This document shows positions 26,003 to 39,427 of a DNA stretch of 64,000 bases, one piece after another. A program made the translations under genes and the position numbers. The stretch's first letter is position 1, and the number at the start of each line of letters is the position of its first letter. The notes under the pieces are model-generated. The model was not told the DNA's origin, made no database searches, and saw only the letters and a list, made by a program, of their open reading frames with translations. The stretch is from Lytechinus pictus (Eukaryota): positions 14,820,001-14,884,000 of the forward strand of contig NC_087252.1 of the NCBI RefSeq assembly GCF_037042905.1, written 5' to 3'.

Positions 26003-29000
26003 ATGGACGTATCCTTTTCGCAGTTAGAAAAACGCTGCTCGCAGTAGCTTTTCCTGAATATGACGCTGACTGCGAAATAATGTGGACTAAGGTCCCACGG
26101 TCAGAAAGATCTATCATATCTAGGAGTGTTTTACAACACCCATGATAACGATCCCAATGGCCTTCCTGGGCTTGAAGTTTCCTTGAGTAAGCTTCCTCCT
26201 GGTGGTTACAAAGTACTTGCTAGTGATTTTAACATGACGGACATTGATAAGGACTCTGATTTTTGTAAAGCTTTGCCCTGCAAGCGTCTACAAAAGTAGT
26301 GCCCACCCATTCAACTTTCTTCTTGATAACCATAACGTCAAACAGGTCGTGAACTTTCTAACGAGACAACAGAATATGTCAGATCTTTTATTTACTAGTA
26401 ACCCTACTTCATCAAGCCGATTCTGGTGATCAGCGATTATGATTCTAGTGTCCAGATTGACTTCACCAGTTCTGTCTGACATCAGAAAAATAAATGAATT
26501 TTTCTTTATTCGCTTTTATGTTAAAAAGCACAATCACATGATGCAACAATACAAAATATATATATATATATGCAAAGTACAAATAATAACCTGAGTACTG
26601 AGTAGAAATCACTGTGTACATAATAAATCAATCATATCCTTAGTTTGTGTTCTGTTCAGTAAGCCATTACCATGATTACAACACTATCCCTCATATCTGC
26701 AAACTCATTAATTTGGTCAACTGTTCAGATAATATCACTTTCTTTGTCACACACCTTTGACCAATTTTTGTTAATCTCATTTATCGTTAAACAGACAGAG
26801 TCTACAATTATAAAAAGGCACGCTTTGAGAAGATCAGATCTGAGCTTCGGTCCTTCTCTGATGAGTTCTTTTTCAACAGTCCTGGCACAAGTCTTTCAAT
26901 TAATGTACCTAGAGGGGAATTATATCCCTAGAATGATTAGCAGTAACATATTCAACCTGCCTTACCTCATTAAGGGAAATTAAGAGCAAGATCAGACAGA
27001 AGCATTCTGTATGTAATCGTGCTCTTAAAAACCAATCTCAGGAAGATTCATGAAGCTGAGATCCCATGTCAAGAGGTCCGTTCGCTCCGCGAGATGGGAG
27101 TACCTTGATGATGTCATCGGTTCTAGTCTAAGAGAAAAACCGAAAGTATTTTATCAATATATTAAAAGACTCAGGCATGACTCCACAGGTATTTAGCAAC
27201 TTCTTTACCATATTCACGAAGGATGTTTAAATCTTCCAGCCAAGAAAAGAGCGACGTCCTTAGTCGTCAATTTGAATCGGTTTTCACCTCCGAACCGGAT
27301 ATTGCCCTTCTTCCTAATATCCTTCCTTCTAGATATCCATCATTATTACCTATACGAGGTGTTTCTCCGTAGCAATCATTATCCATATTTTGCGTTCTCT
27401 GATTTCGCAGCGGTCAATATCGTGCCGTATTTTCTCTCTTCCGGGTTTTCCCATTAACTTTGTGTGTAAATTTAACAGCGGGCAATATTCGCGAAATCCG
27501 GTTGGAACCAGTTTGTGAAGAGACCGCAGTTGTAGCGCAGCGCGGCTCTATTCAGCGCAGCGCGTAGTGCGATGCATGTCATGCACATGTACATAGACAA
27601 ATAACTTTGTGTATCCGCAGTGTGAATGTGACGTGAGAAAATGGCTACTTCTAAGAGATTCGCTTGTTATGGTGCAGACGAAATTGAAAATATAGTGACA
27701 AACAAAGGATTCTGCATTACAAGTAGGCCTTTAATGGATGATTTTTCAGGGGAGCCTATAAAAAATCAATTTACTATATAGGTAATAATAATAATATCAA
27801 CTGGCATAGAATGAGATACAAACCTATATTTCCTTCTCTGAATCCTATATTGCCCGCGCCTTCGGCTTGGGCAATATTGGATTCACATCGGGCAATATAG
27901 GTTTGTATCTCATTCTATGCCAGTCAATATTATATAAATATACAAATAGCGAATAGGCATGAGTGCGATGGTGCGAGATTTGAAAGAAAGATGCTCTATT
28001 CAACGAGGCGTTAGCCGAGTTGAATAGAGTGTTTCTTTCTTTCACCGAATGCGAAATCTCGCACCATTGCACGAATAAGAATATTCGTTATTTGTGTTGT
28101 ACAACGCCTCGGAGTTTAGCGAATTTATGAATTTATTTCTTGCAGTAATCTATGAAAAGGGAGCAAAAATATGGAAAGCGAAAGCAAAATCCCACAAGCG
28201 AACACCTCGGGCAGCATTGCGCTTTTAGCCAGCAGGCTATACGGGTATTGCACCTGCATTTTTACTGTGCGCAGTTAATTGAATCGTATTGTGTCGTCAC
28301 ATCCTAAAGCCGTGCAAAGGTACATTTTGGACGCTACGTCTTGTGTGCAACGGTACGAATGTTAGACATTCATCCTCCCATTTGCTCGTACAACAAGCTA
28401 AGTAGACGTTGTACAATGGAAGATATTTCAGTCTGTGTCAAAAGTGTTGAGAAGCTTCGTAGGGACTAGATGCATCCAAAGCCACTGGTCCGGGTTACAT
28501 TCCAGCAATTCTTTCAAAGAGATGACATCGGAAATAAGTCCAATTCTCACCTTCCTGTTTAACCAATCATTGAAATTTGGTGTTCTTCCAAAGGGCTGGA
28601 AGAAAGCGCATATAGCTCAGGTCTTCAAGAAAGGCAACAAGACGTTAAGGCCTGGTCACACCGCCCGAGCGTTGTTGGAGCGGTCATGGAGCGGAGAGAA
28701 AAAATCATCACCGCTAGCTACCGTTCACCATTTTCGATTTCGATTGTTTTTTTTTTGTTTTTTTTCGATTTTTGTTTTCGATTTTTTCCCCCAATTTTGT
28801 GAGCAAAATTCGACCCTCTCTCCCTACCGCTCCACGACCGCTCCAGCAAAGCTCGGGCGGTGTGACCAGGCCTTTAGCTGCAAATATACCGTTCTATCTC
28901 TTTAACCAGCATAATATCCAAGACGTTTGAGAACATAGTTATTTCGTGGCTGATGAAGCACTTCGACTCCCATTCCGTTTTGTCAGAAAGTACTCCTTTG

Positions 29001-29090
29001 AGACGCAACTGTTGCTTACATCAAATGACCTTGCTGAATTGTACAGGGGTAAAAAGCAAGTTGATATGATTATGCTGGATTTTGGAAATT
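26003..29090 (+). mobile_element. Heavily decayed CR1-like LINE ORF2 (EN and RT fragments) with insertions
   Basis: Fragments DADCEIMWTKV, SDLLFTSNP, EISPILTFLFNQSLKFGVLPKGWKKAHIAQVFKKGNK and KQVDMIMLDF; many stops and frameshifts. Confidence 0.75.
28648..28873. mobile_element. PIF/Harbinger-type MITE inserted in the CR1-like RT
   Basis: TIR AGGCCTGGTCACACCGCCCGAGC / GCTCGGGCGGTGTGACCAGGCCT; TSD TTA. Confidence 0.85.
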
Positions 29091-29888
29091 AAAGCCTTTG
29101 ACAGCAAAAGACGGCACCCCTAAATTTTAAATTGAATCCACAGGGGTGCAGTTTTGAACCCGCAGGGTGCAAAAATGAACCCCAACCGCAGGGTTCAATT
29201 TTTGAACCCCAAATCAGGGGTTCAATTTTTGAACCCAAAGGGTGCTGATTTTGCATCAACCTTTCGGGGTTCAATTTTGAACCTTTATTTCTTAGTGTGT
29301 AAAGTCAAAATCTGAGTCAAAGATGACAATGCTTAGTAACATAAATAAACAAATATTTTTACTTAAATGATAATATGAATCAAAGTGAAATATTTAAGTT
29401 ATCAAAGCGGAACAGTTACTAATTATAAAATTACTAATTTTAAATTTATTCACTGATAAAAACACTGAAAAATCATGTATGAAAACATTGGCGTGAAAAT
29501 TAATATAGTTTCCATTTATCCCATCCCATTATTGAATTCTCGACTTCTTTCTCTTACGCTGCTTAAAATGCTACAGTTTAAGTTAATCAAGTTCAATTGT
29601 TATGTTTTCCCCCTCTTTCTTTGCGCCAGCATTACCTCACATACCCCTTCGCCATGTTTGTATATCCATCCACCGACGCTTTTTGATGATTCTACACTGA
29701 TGTATCTTTGTCCCCACCGGACCTCCCCCACAGAAACACACCTTCGCACACCCTCACACACACACTCATAGATACCCTTACACCAGACAAAACATTTTAA
29801 GTTCGTCACATACACGTTGACTCTCTCGCTGAACTTCTTTCATTTTTTTTTTCAAAACGACTGAATCACAGTTATCTCAAGAGTTTGT

Positions 29889-29960
29889 TAGCCAATCAGG
29901 AGGCGTCGATTTATGTCCTTCAATAAACAAACATCGAACATTTCGCGCCAGGGAAATCCC
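29889..29960 (+). promoter_or_regulatory. Candidate promoter of the plus-strand DD gene: CCAAT box, forkhead-like, E2F-like and kB sites
   Basis: TAGCCAATCAG (29889-29899), AATAAACAAA (~29922), TTTCGCGC (29941-29948) and GGGAAATCCC (29951-29960), followed by a consensus donor at 30118. Confidence 0.5.
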
Positions 29961-30117
29961 AGAAAATGGCAAACCAATTCAATCCCGCGTAGAGTCGTGT
30001 GTTGGAGTTTGATCCCCTTCATATTCTGGGAGTGGAAACTAAGACAATCTGTAAAGATTTCGTGAATTCGACTGTTCCTCTGAGATTTACTTAGGCCTTT
30101 TCTACCAGCAAACTAAA
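29961..30117 (+). other. Candidate non-coding first exon of the plus-strand DD gene
   Basis: Donor ctaaa|gtaagt at 30118 downstream of the promoter motifs. The start is approximate. Confidence 0.45.
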
Positions 30118-30979
30118 GTAAGTCGATCAAAGATGTGTAATAATAACAATACTAATGATAATTCAATATTTATGTAACGCCTTATTACTTTACTGGTTTC
30201 CTTTTAACATATCTTTGATTTATACGTTTATATGTTATTTTTTGGTGTATGCACGGATTGACATTGATTGGTGTAATACTAGCTTCTTTCTTACCCCGGC
30301 TAATCTCGGCTAACGATTCCAGTGCTCAAAGCTCTTTCAGGAATTACTTCCTGCAGGTAGCGCTTATTTACCGAACCTGGGTTAAGCAGCATATTGTGGA
30401 TAGATATCTTGCTCAAAGAGATTACGCCATGGCTGGAATTCGAACCCACGACCCTCTATTTTAAAGTTGGGAGACAAATCCACTTGGCCACAATTAAGGC
30501 TCCAATATGGCACTATGCGTATTGTCAAAAACAATTCCCGTTTCACACACTGGCAGAGCAAAATAGTTTTTGCCTGTTTTGTTAAATTTACCTAGTTTTC
30601 ATAGTTTGGAGAGTATCCGAGCACTGATATCCCTTAAATATAATGCAATTGATCACCGAGCATGCATATGCTGCAGAACGTACACGTAGGCCTTTAGATT
30701 ATTAATGTTAACCAGCATCTTTACTGGTCTCATCGTGACGTGAACAAAGTAACAAGAACATGAATACAGGTTCTTCAATTCTATTCGAAGAATTAAACAT
30801 TTCTCAATTGAAGCTCTATTATATATTAATACTAAATAATTTATCCTAAACTATGAAACTCCCTACCGCTTCATATTCAGACACCCACTTCTCTTCAAAT
30901 AATTGTTTTGTTCTAATAAAGAAAAACGCCACAGTGATACGGACCCCATGAACAAATTTTTAATATAACAACCCTCAAT

Positions 30980-32240
30980 GACACCCCTCAAAAAAGTTAG
31001 GAAATCTGTGTTTGGCCATTAATTTCTCCCAACTCCCAATTATAAACAATGCATATTTTACATCATTCAAAAGATCATTTAATTCTTTTTAAAATGATAC
31101 CATGCTTGTTATGATCATGTCATCACAAAAAGAGCAGGATTAAAAAATGTTGGATGAGGTCTGAATTGAAAAGCTGCAAAACGAGCAAAAAGGGGTTTGG
31201 AAATTCGAGTTTGACCATTACTTTCTCCCAACTCCCAATTTTAAACAATGCATATTCATGCTTGTTATGATCATGCCATCACGAAAAGAGCAGGATTCAA
31301 AATTGTTGGATGAGGTCTGAATTGAAAAGCTGCAAAACGAGCAAAAAGGGGTTTGGAAATCTGAGTTTGACCATTACTTTCTCCCAACTCCCAATTTTAA
31401 ACAATGCATATTCATGCTTGTTATGATCATGCCAACACGAAAAGAGCAGGATTAAAAATTGTTGGATGAGGTCTGAATTGAAAAGCTGCAAAACGAGCAG
31501 AAATAGTCATGAAGGGTCAATACAGAACATTGTTCTTTTGTCTGTGTCAATGGAGATGAAAATCCATTCATATCAAGCCCCTGCTTCTGTAGTGATGGTT
31601 CTGTGAGATAACATGGTTTGAGTCGTGGTTTGAAATACCCATGCATGTTTGTTTGTTTGTTTGTTATGTTTTTGCTTGTGCAGATGTTTGTTTTATTCCA
31701 TGTTAATGTTGACGTTAAGGTGCATGAAAACAATTAAAAGAAACCGCTGAGAAACTCAGTCATCACCACTGAAAAAAGAACAGTGACTTTCAATAGAATG
31801 TCATTTTGCAACTTTTGAATGTTGACCTTGCCCCACATTTCAAGGCACTGCACCTCCATGTGAACGATAATCATATCATGTAGGGTATCATTATAAAGAA
31901 AATTTAGTGATCTATTCGTTAATATCAATTACACATTGATATTTACTAAAAACCGATGAGGAATTATCGGTCAAAGTCAAAGAAAGCGCTGAGAAACTCG
32001 CTCATCACCACGGAGTGACTTTCAATATTTTGTCATTTTGCAACTTTTGAATTTTGACCTTTCCCACATTTCAAGGCACTGCACCTCCATGTGAACGATA
32101 ATCATATCATGTAGGGTATCATTTAAAGAAAATTAAATGTCCTATTCATAAACATTAATTACACATATTACACATATTTGCTAAAACCAAGGAGGGTTTT
32201 CCGATCAAAGTCAGATTTCCAAACTTTTTTTGAGGAATTT
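30980..32240. repeat. Interspersed repeat with internal tandem duplications
   Basis: Homolog of 20695-21400 with three ~157-bp tandem units (~31020-31500) and a duplicated ~240-bp block. Confidence 0.8.
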
Positions 32241-32244
32241 ATAC

Positions 32245-32291
<47 letters not shown>

Positions 32292-32292
<1 letters not shown>

Positions 32293-32495
32293 GTTGAGTA
32301 GAGGAGTACGTGTCTCCTTTACACGTTACCAACCCACTGCACTATCCGAATAAGAGTAGTGGTACACTGGTGAGGTGGTCCACCCGCACTCCCCAATCAG
32401 CAAAATCGGGAGGAGAGACCTGCGGGTCACAGTGATTCAGTTTGTATTTCGACTCCCAGGCACAGGCGACGCCAAACAATAAATAATGATAATGA
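32292..32495 (+). mobile_element. 5'-truncated SINE body
   Basis: GC-richer block after a (TA)n run, ending in an (AAT)n-like tail. CACTATCCGAATAAGAGTAG resembles Deu-domain SINE cores (from memory). Confidence 0.45.
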
Positions 32496-33291
32496 GAGTA
32501 ATTTGAACTTTATTCCAAAATAAATATCAACTTATTTGGCGGGAACGAAAGATAAATAAGGTAAATTTGGAATTCCCCACTTGGCACTCAGCCAATCGGG
32601 GAATATCACATTGACAGGGCTGACAAAACTATGGGTCTATTCTTAACTACACAGTGAGAAAAATATCGGTTCTCAACTACTAATATCCATGAATAGAATA
32701 GAATTGGTATAATTTCCCCAACTCCACATATGGCGCGCCAGTTGTCTTTAATATCTAAGAAGGCATACGATTAGAATTCGGATTGTAATAAAGTTTTTGT
32801 TTCGGAATAATGTAGAGATTAGGATTAGGGTTTATTTAGTTTTGGACGTTAGGTTTTATGTTTCGCTTAACGTGCAAATTTTCCATCGGACCAATTGTCG
32901 CTGGAGTACATGTCATTCGGTTGAATAATACACATAATTATGCGAGATGGCTAATCGTGTTGGCAGACGAAGAAAGGAAAAAAAATAATATTAATAAGTA
33001 AAGCCTCCTCCAATTAGACGGATTTCAGCTTTCCGTCCAGCCCCCCCCAAAAAAAAAAAAAAAAAAATCAAGGATTCAAGGTTCAAACCCCTAATCGTGT
33101 CTTTCAGAATGACGTTTAAGGTCACCAAGAAAATACCTGATTTATTGTTTCATATAGAGCATGCACCCTTACATCTTTCTTTAATACAAATATACGGTAT
33201 ACCCTTGCAAATGCTGACACCCGCGCATATACTTTCCATAATGTGAACATGAAGAAAGTTTCATGTCTTCTTCCTCCTTATTCAATCACAG

Positions 33292-33545
33292 CGTGAGAAT
33301 GAAGGGGGGAATTCCTGAAAGCAAGTTAATGGAAATAGCTGACGACGTCGGAAACAGAGATGCCATGAAAATAGGTTTAAGCGGAGGGCTGAGTCGACCT
33401 CAAGTCGAGCGTCTAGATTCAGACTGCTACAAGGTTCTAACCAAAATCATGGCTGATATCACTCCCAAAGAGCAGAAGAGTAAACTTCGTCAAATACTGA
33501 CTGACTGTAACCACACAGCAGCCGCGGACACACATCTGCCTACAC
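33292..33545 (+). CDS. Divergent death-fold-like first coding exon (ATG 33299)
   Basis: MKGGIPESKLMEIADDVGNRDAMKIGLSGGLSRPQVERLDSDCYKVLTKIMADITPKEQKSKLRQILTDCNHTAAADTHLPT has DD-like helical spacing and resembles the other two DD exons. Acceptor ttcctccttattcaatcacag|; donor ACAC|gtgagt (phase 1). Confidence 0.7.
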
Positions 33546-36158
33546 GTGAGTATTTGAAGCATACCTACCTAACGAATGAATTAGACGGGTCAATATATGG
33601 ATTGACCCGGAACAAATTGCAACAAATGATTTTTCAACTGTTATTGGCAGTATTTTACCTCAGAAATACCATACTAAAACTTTAAGTCTACCAAAATCCG
33701 CATCCGGGAAAGTGGTTATTTTCAAGATGGCGTCCAAAATAGCCACCATTCACTAAACATGGGTATAACTCACTCATTATTCACCCTTGAATTTTGTTTT
33801 GGTTCATATTTCATGATCCAGTGGGTAAAATAATTTGTTAATACAAGTTAGAGTAAATATAAGCACTCTGGGTACCTGGAAAATCCAAGATGGCGCCCAA
33901 AAAGGCTGCCGTACTAGGCTGAAAATCCACAATTCCATCTATACTTAATTAAGTGACTTTAATCTGGTATCTAAACCATGGTTTCAATGGTCAAAATATT
34001 ACATTGGGACAAGTTACAAGAACGGTCAATAGTCCGGTATGTTATAAATCCACGATGACTTCCAAAAATGGAGTCTAAAATTTGCTGTTACTACTTTAAA
34101 AAAAAACATCGTCATAGTTTTTTCAGTATTTACGGGAATATGGTTTTTGTGTCTATACCATTGCTAATTATAGGTGAACTAATACATTTGGATAAGCTAC
34201 AAGGACAGTCGGTGGTCAAGTTTGTCCAAAATTCCACGGTGGCTTAATAAAATGGAGTTTAAAATAACCGCTGCTATTTACAAATGGATATAGTAAATGT
34301 AATATTCGTAAAGGGCATTATGATTTTTAACCATGGTTTAAAAGTCAGATAACTAGTTACAAACACCGTCAGTGGTCCAGTATGTCGGAAAATCCAAGAT
34401 GGTTTCAAAAACTCGGAGTCTAATATGACTGCTGTTATAAAACATTGGACATAGTTCATTTAAAATCCACCGAGGAGATATGACTTTGGTGTCCACACTA
34501 TGGTTTCAAGGTTAAAATATTACGTTTGGACTGGTTGCAATGATATGCAGTATTTGTCCATTTTGACTAAAATGCAAGAGTTTTTTCAATATGGCATCTA
34601 AAACGACTCTTATTACTCAATAATGGTCAGAGTTCATACAATATCAATCTGTTAAAAATAATGTTGGTGCTATGTCCACTTTAGGTAACAGCAGTCACTT
34701 TCGAACCCATTTTTGGAAGCCAACTTGGATTTTAAGGCAATATTTTTTTTCTCTCTCTCTTTGCCTCTTCCTTGAGGATTTATTGTTTCAAAATATTTAC
34801 ATATATACATATTTACATAGGAATAACTTTTTTTCAAGAGTCAAATGATATAATATTTATAACAGGAATTACAATATATCAATAATTTTCTTGACCTCTA
34901 ATCCACAAAATTGTTTAGATCCGTAATGATTCAAATAAAACTTCAAATATGAAACAAATTCCGTGATCAATCTCTTATTGCTATGATTTAGATTCTGAAG
35001 GTTGCATTTTACATAATGATTATAAACTACAAACTGAGCAACATTGATCGTCAAATTAATAAGTTCAAATTTTGGGTTTTCTATTTTATACCCAATTAAC
35101 AATGTTTTCATAGTTATCACCATTTCTTCTTTGAAAATGAAATAAATCATCCTCGATATGATTTTCCAATAAACTTTAATCTTTTTGCAAAAAAACAGAA
35201 AATGGCCAATGGTCTCGATTTCATTACAGATTTCGCATTGATTTGTATTTACAATTTTCCACTTGAACAAATTGTCTCTAGAAGGTAATATTTTATGTAA
35301 CAGTCTGAAATTGAATTGCTTAATTCTGTTATCTTTTATCTTTTTGAATTTAAAATGAAGGATATCTTTCCAAACTAAATTTTCTGGCAATTTTTGTTGT
35401 TTTCCCCAGATGTCCAAAATATAAAAATCAACCTTCTTTTGTTGTAAAACACATAATATTGTTTTGCTCTGGTGCAAGTTATATTAATACGTTCACCAAC
35501 AGATGTATCAATTTCTTCTTGTTCTGAAGACTCATTTTGCTTTTCTTTCATCGTACTTATTTTTTTAAGCCAATGAGCAGGAAATGCTTTTTTTAATTTT
35601 AAAAATCTAAAACTAAATACTAAATTATCAACATCAAAAAAGTTTCTAAAAAATGATATATCTTTCCATTTACCTTTATACACAACTTGTTTAACATATA
35701 AAATACCAACTTCTTTCCATTCCTGAAAATTTAAAGGTTGTCCATTTATTGTAATATTACTATTATTCCATAATGTTTCACGATATATATTTTCAACATT
35801 CTGCTCATCTAAATATCGTAATTGAGCCCATGTATATAGAAATTCAATATAAAACATTGGTAAACCCTTTTTTCGACAAAGCTTTAACATGTGTTTTGGA
35901 TGACAATTCATTTGAAAACAGTAGGGGATTTCTCCTATGTAACTTAACCAAAACGAGAAAAGTGTTTTCCAGACTGCATCATAATTATTAAAAAAGGAAT
36001 TTATCCAAGACAATATAAGTGATTTTGATTTCGAATATAGATCGATCATACCAAGACCACCTTCAACTATCGGTCTGACACAAATATTACGTTTAACTTT
36101 TTCACGCTTTGAATTCAATAAAAAGCAATACATTATCTTATGTAAACCCTTGCATATA

Positions 36159-37932
36159 CAGTGCGTCCCAAAACAAACTATACACTTTTGAAATGGCTGC
36201 CAAAAAAAAAATATAGCACTTTGGGGGAAAAGACTTATAGATATGGAAAGCCAATAAAGTCAACTTTCAAATGACACCAAAAAGTTGGGAAAATATTCAT
36301 GCTTGAGCGAGCACTGCCCACTGAAACAAAGGGTATGAAAATTAGGGTGGGCTGGAATTAGCCATCCAATTTATGTCAGTTTTTGAGAGGCGAATCCTTT
36401 CGAACTTGCAAAGTTAAGGGCGTTGGGATGAATTAATGATCAACCGTGACCAGTTTTGGTTGCTTAGCAAATTTTATGAATTTATTAAATTGAACTTTAA
36501 TGCTTGAGTGAACACAAATTACACTTTTTTGGCAGCATTTCAACTTTATCATTTGGATCTCTTTTGAGGCAGCATTTCAACTTTATCATGTGGATCTCAG
36601 CAATGTGTTCATGGGAGTCGGGAGAATAGGGGGTGAGATAGGACTTAAGTGGGAGAAGTAGGTTGATGGAATAAGGGTCAACAGAACATTCAGCCCCCGC
36701 CCCCTCCCTCTTTCCCGCACTCCCCTCCTGTTGAGAGACTGATGGCTATTGTCATGTACGCAAAGTCCAGAGCAGAATGTTGATTTAATGATTAATTCTG
36801 AATTGGGGCATCAACTTTTTCCTATCATTTAATCAACTCATTCAATGTGCAATGTGATCAATCACACATTCAGTTTATTTCAATAAATTATTTCATTAAT
36901 CATCATAATCATTAGATTTCTTGGTAATTATTCAATAAAAAAAACTGACCATCAGCCACCGGTCACTTGGCAGTTAAGTGTTGAATAGGCTATAATCCAG
37001 GAAGTGAGACAGAGAGAGGGGGAGGGGGGGCTGGGAAATGGAGGTGGAGAGGGGAGGGTACATATGACTTTTAATTTGTAAAAGGACAAAAAGAAGAGGA
37101 ACGCCCCTTTAACCAAGTCTTAGCATATCTCGCCCTCTTGCTTGTAACAGGTACCATCACATTACTCTGACTCACACGAACACACTTCTGAGGTCCACAT
37201 GATGAATATGCTACACTAAAATTACAAGTCCTGTTCACTCATGCATTAAATTTCAATTTAGTAACTCATGAAATTTGCCTAGGAAACAAAACTTATCTCA
37301 CTCATCAATTTAGCTTAGCAAGTTCCAAAGGACTAACCACTAAAAAAAAATCTGTAAGGCTAATTCCTGCCCAGCCTAGCCGAGCTTAGTCTCTCAGGAG
37401 AAGAGAAGCAGGGAGGGGGGTGAGATGGAGAGAGGGATTGCTAGGTTGCTAAATGTTCTGTTGACCTTTATCCCATCAACGTACTTCAGCTACCTAAGTC
37501 ATATTCCCCCTCTTCTCCTGACTGTCATGAACACATTGTTGAGATCCACATGATAAAGAAAAAATGATGCACTAAAAAGTGCAATTCATGATCACTCATG
37601 CATTAAATTTCAATTTAAAACGCATTAAATTTTCACAAACAACAAACTGATCACAACTAATCTTTAATTCACCAAATGACCATCAACTTTGCAAGTACCA
37701 AACAAACAAACCTGAAAGAAATTGGAAGTCTAATTCCGGCCCACCCTAATTGTCATACCCTTTGTTTCAGTGGGCAGTGCTCGTTCCAGCATGAATAGTT
37801 TTCCAACTTTTTGGTGTCATTTGAAAGTTGATTTTATTGGCTTTCCATATCTTTAAGTATTTTCCCCCAAAGTGCTACATTTTTTATTTGGCAGCCATTT
37901 CAAAAGTGTATAGTTTTTTTTGGGACGCACTG
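36159..37932. mobile_element. Non-autonomous Tc1/mariner-type element
   Basis: TA|CAGTGCGTCCCAAAA...TTTTGGGACGCACTG|TA with ~200-bp TIRs; no transposase ORF. Confidence 0.85.
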
Positions 37933-39427
37933 TATAGTCTGGCATTGGTATAACCGAACCAACATAAACGATTTGAGGCACAATTAAACATTTTATAATA
38001 CTTATTTTACCATAGCATGTAAGCTGTCTCATTTTCCATGTTTTTAATATGTTATTGACCTTTTCAATTTTCCCTTCCCAATTTAGCTTTCGTATATGCT
38101 CTTCATTTTTTCCCACAAATATTCCTAAATACTTAACAGGATCATCTGTAAAATCGAACTCGCTTCTTTCTAAGTTAAATATCCCTATTTTTAACATCTT
38201 TGTCTTATTCCAATTTACTTTTGGACCTGCAATATTACCGAAATTATTTATCTCTTTCATAACATTATGAAGGGAATTAATCGAATTAATAAATATCGTC
38301 GTATCGTCTGCGAACTGTGTTATTTTTATCTCTCTGTGTGGTAAGCATAAACAATTTCCTGAAATATCTATTCCTCTGATTTTATCATTTTCTTTAATAC
38401 GAATTGCTAAAATCTCTGCAACCAAAATAAACAACAATGCTGATAATGGACACCCTTGTCTTACACCTTTATAAATATGAAATGATTCTGATAACCACCC
38501 ACGCTGTAGTACTCTACCGTGAGCATTTTTATATAACATCTTAATCCAATTTATAAACGATTCCTTAAACTTCATCCGCTTTAATGTTTCAAACAGAAAT
38601 GAGTGGTTCACATTGTCGAATGCTTTTCGAAAATCTAAAAAAATTATAATGCCACGGGAACTTTTAAATTTACAATAGTCAATAATATCTTGAACAAGTC
38701 TAACATTTTCGGATGCCGATCTACCTTTAATAAATCCACATTGATCAGTTGAAATAATTGATGATAAAATTTTCTGTAAACGCATCGCTAAAACCCGAGC
38801 TGCAATTTTGTAGTCGATATTGAGTAAAGATATTGGTCGCCAATTGTCCAGAGATCCCCTATTGCCATTTTTGTATAATAGAGTAAGAACTGACTGTCCT
38901 TGTATACAGTCAGTCCGCAAGCCCCTGTGTTAATGAGCAAATGAGCAAGATTTATCCAAGTCCTCTCGTGGCTGAATTCATGTCCCTGCAAAATCTCGTG
39001 AATTGTGAGACTTTCTATCTCAAAGAATTTAACCACTTTCTCCTTGAGTAATATTGATTATTTTTGTACCATGGGCAAGAGTAAATGTTACCCTTTTATA
39101 TTGGTCATTTCTTTTGAATGAAATATTTTGATAAATAAGTGAATTTTTTACCTGAAAAGATGCATCAAACAGAATTTTCTTCCTCTGTTTTCACTTGCAA
39201 ATTGTGCAACATTTTGTGTTTTAGGCACCAACATTATTTATATCATCAGAAAGCTCAAACTCTATACTTTCTTACAATGTCACTCTTGATATGTGGCATC
39301 TTTTAGATGGGTCAGCAGCCAGTTATTTCCATCAAGATGTAAGACGAGATTTCTGAAATTTCTGAGTAACATAAAATCCAGAGTTCTGATTGTCTGAATA
39401 CTGTTTTCAAAACAAACAGGCGCGGGT

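Noticed and set aside
20695..32240. Shared repeat near DD1 and DD2 as evidence of an inverted gene duplication
   Set aside because: The copies are in direct orientation while the genes are opposite, and they lie on different sides of the exons. Independent insertions are more likely.
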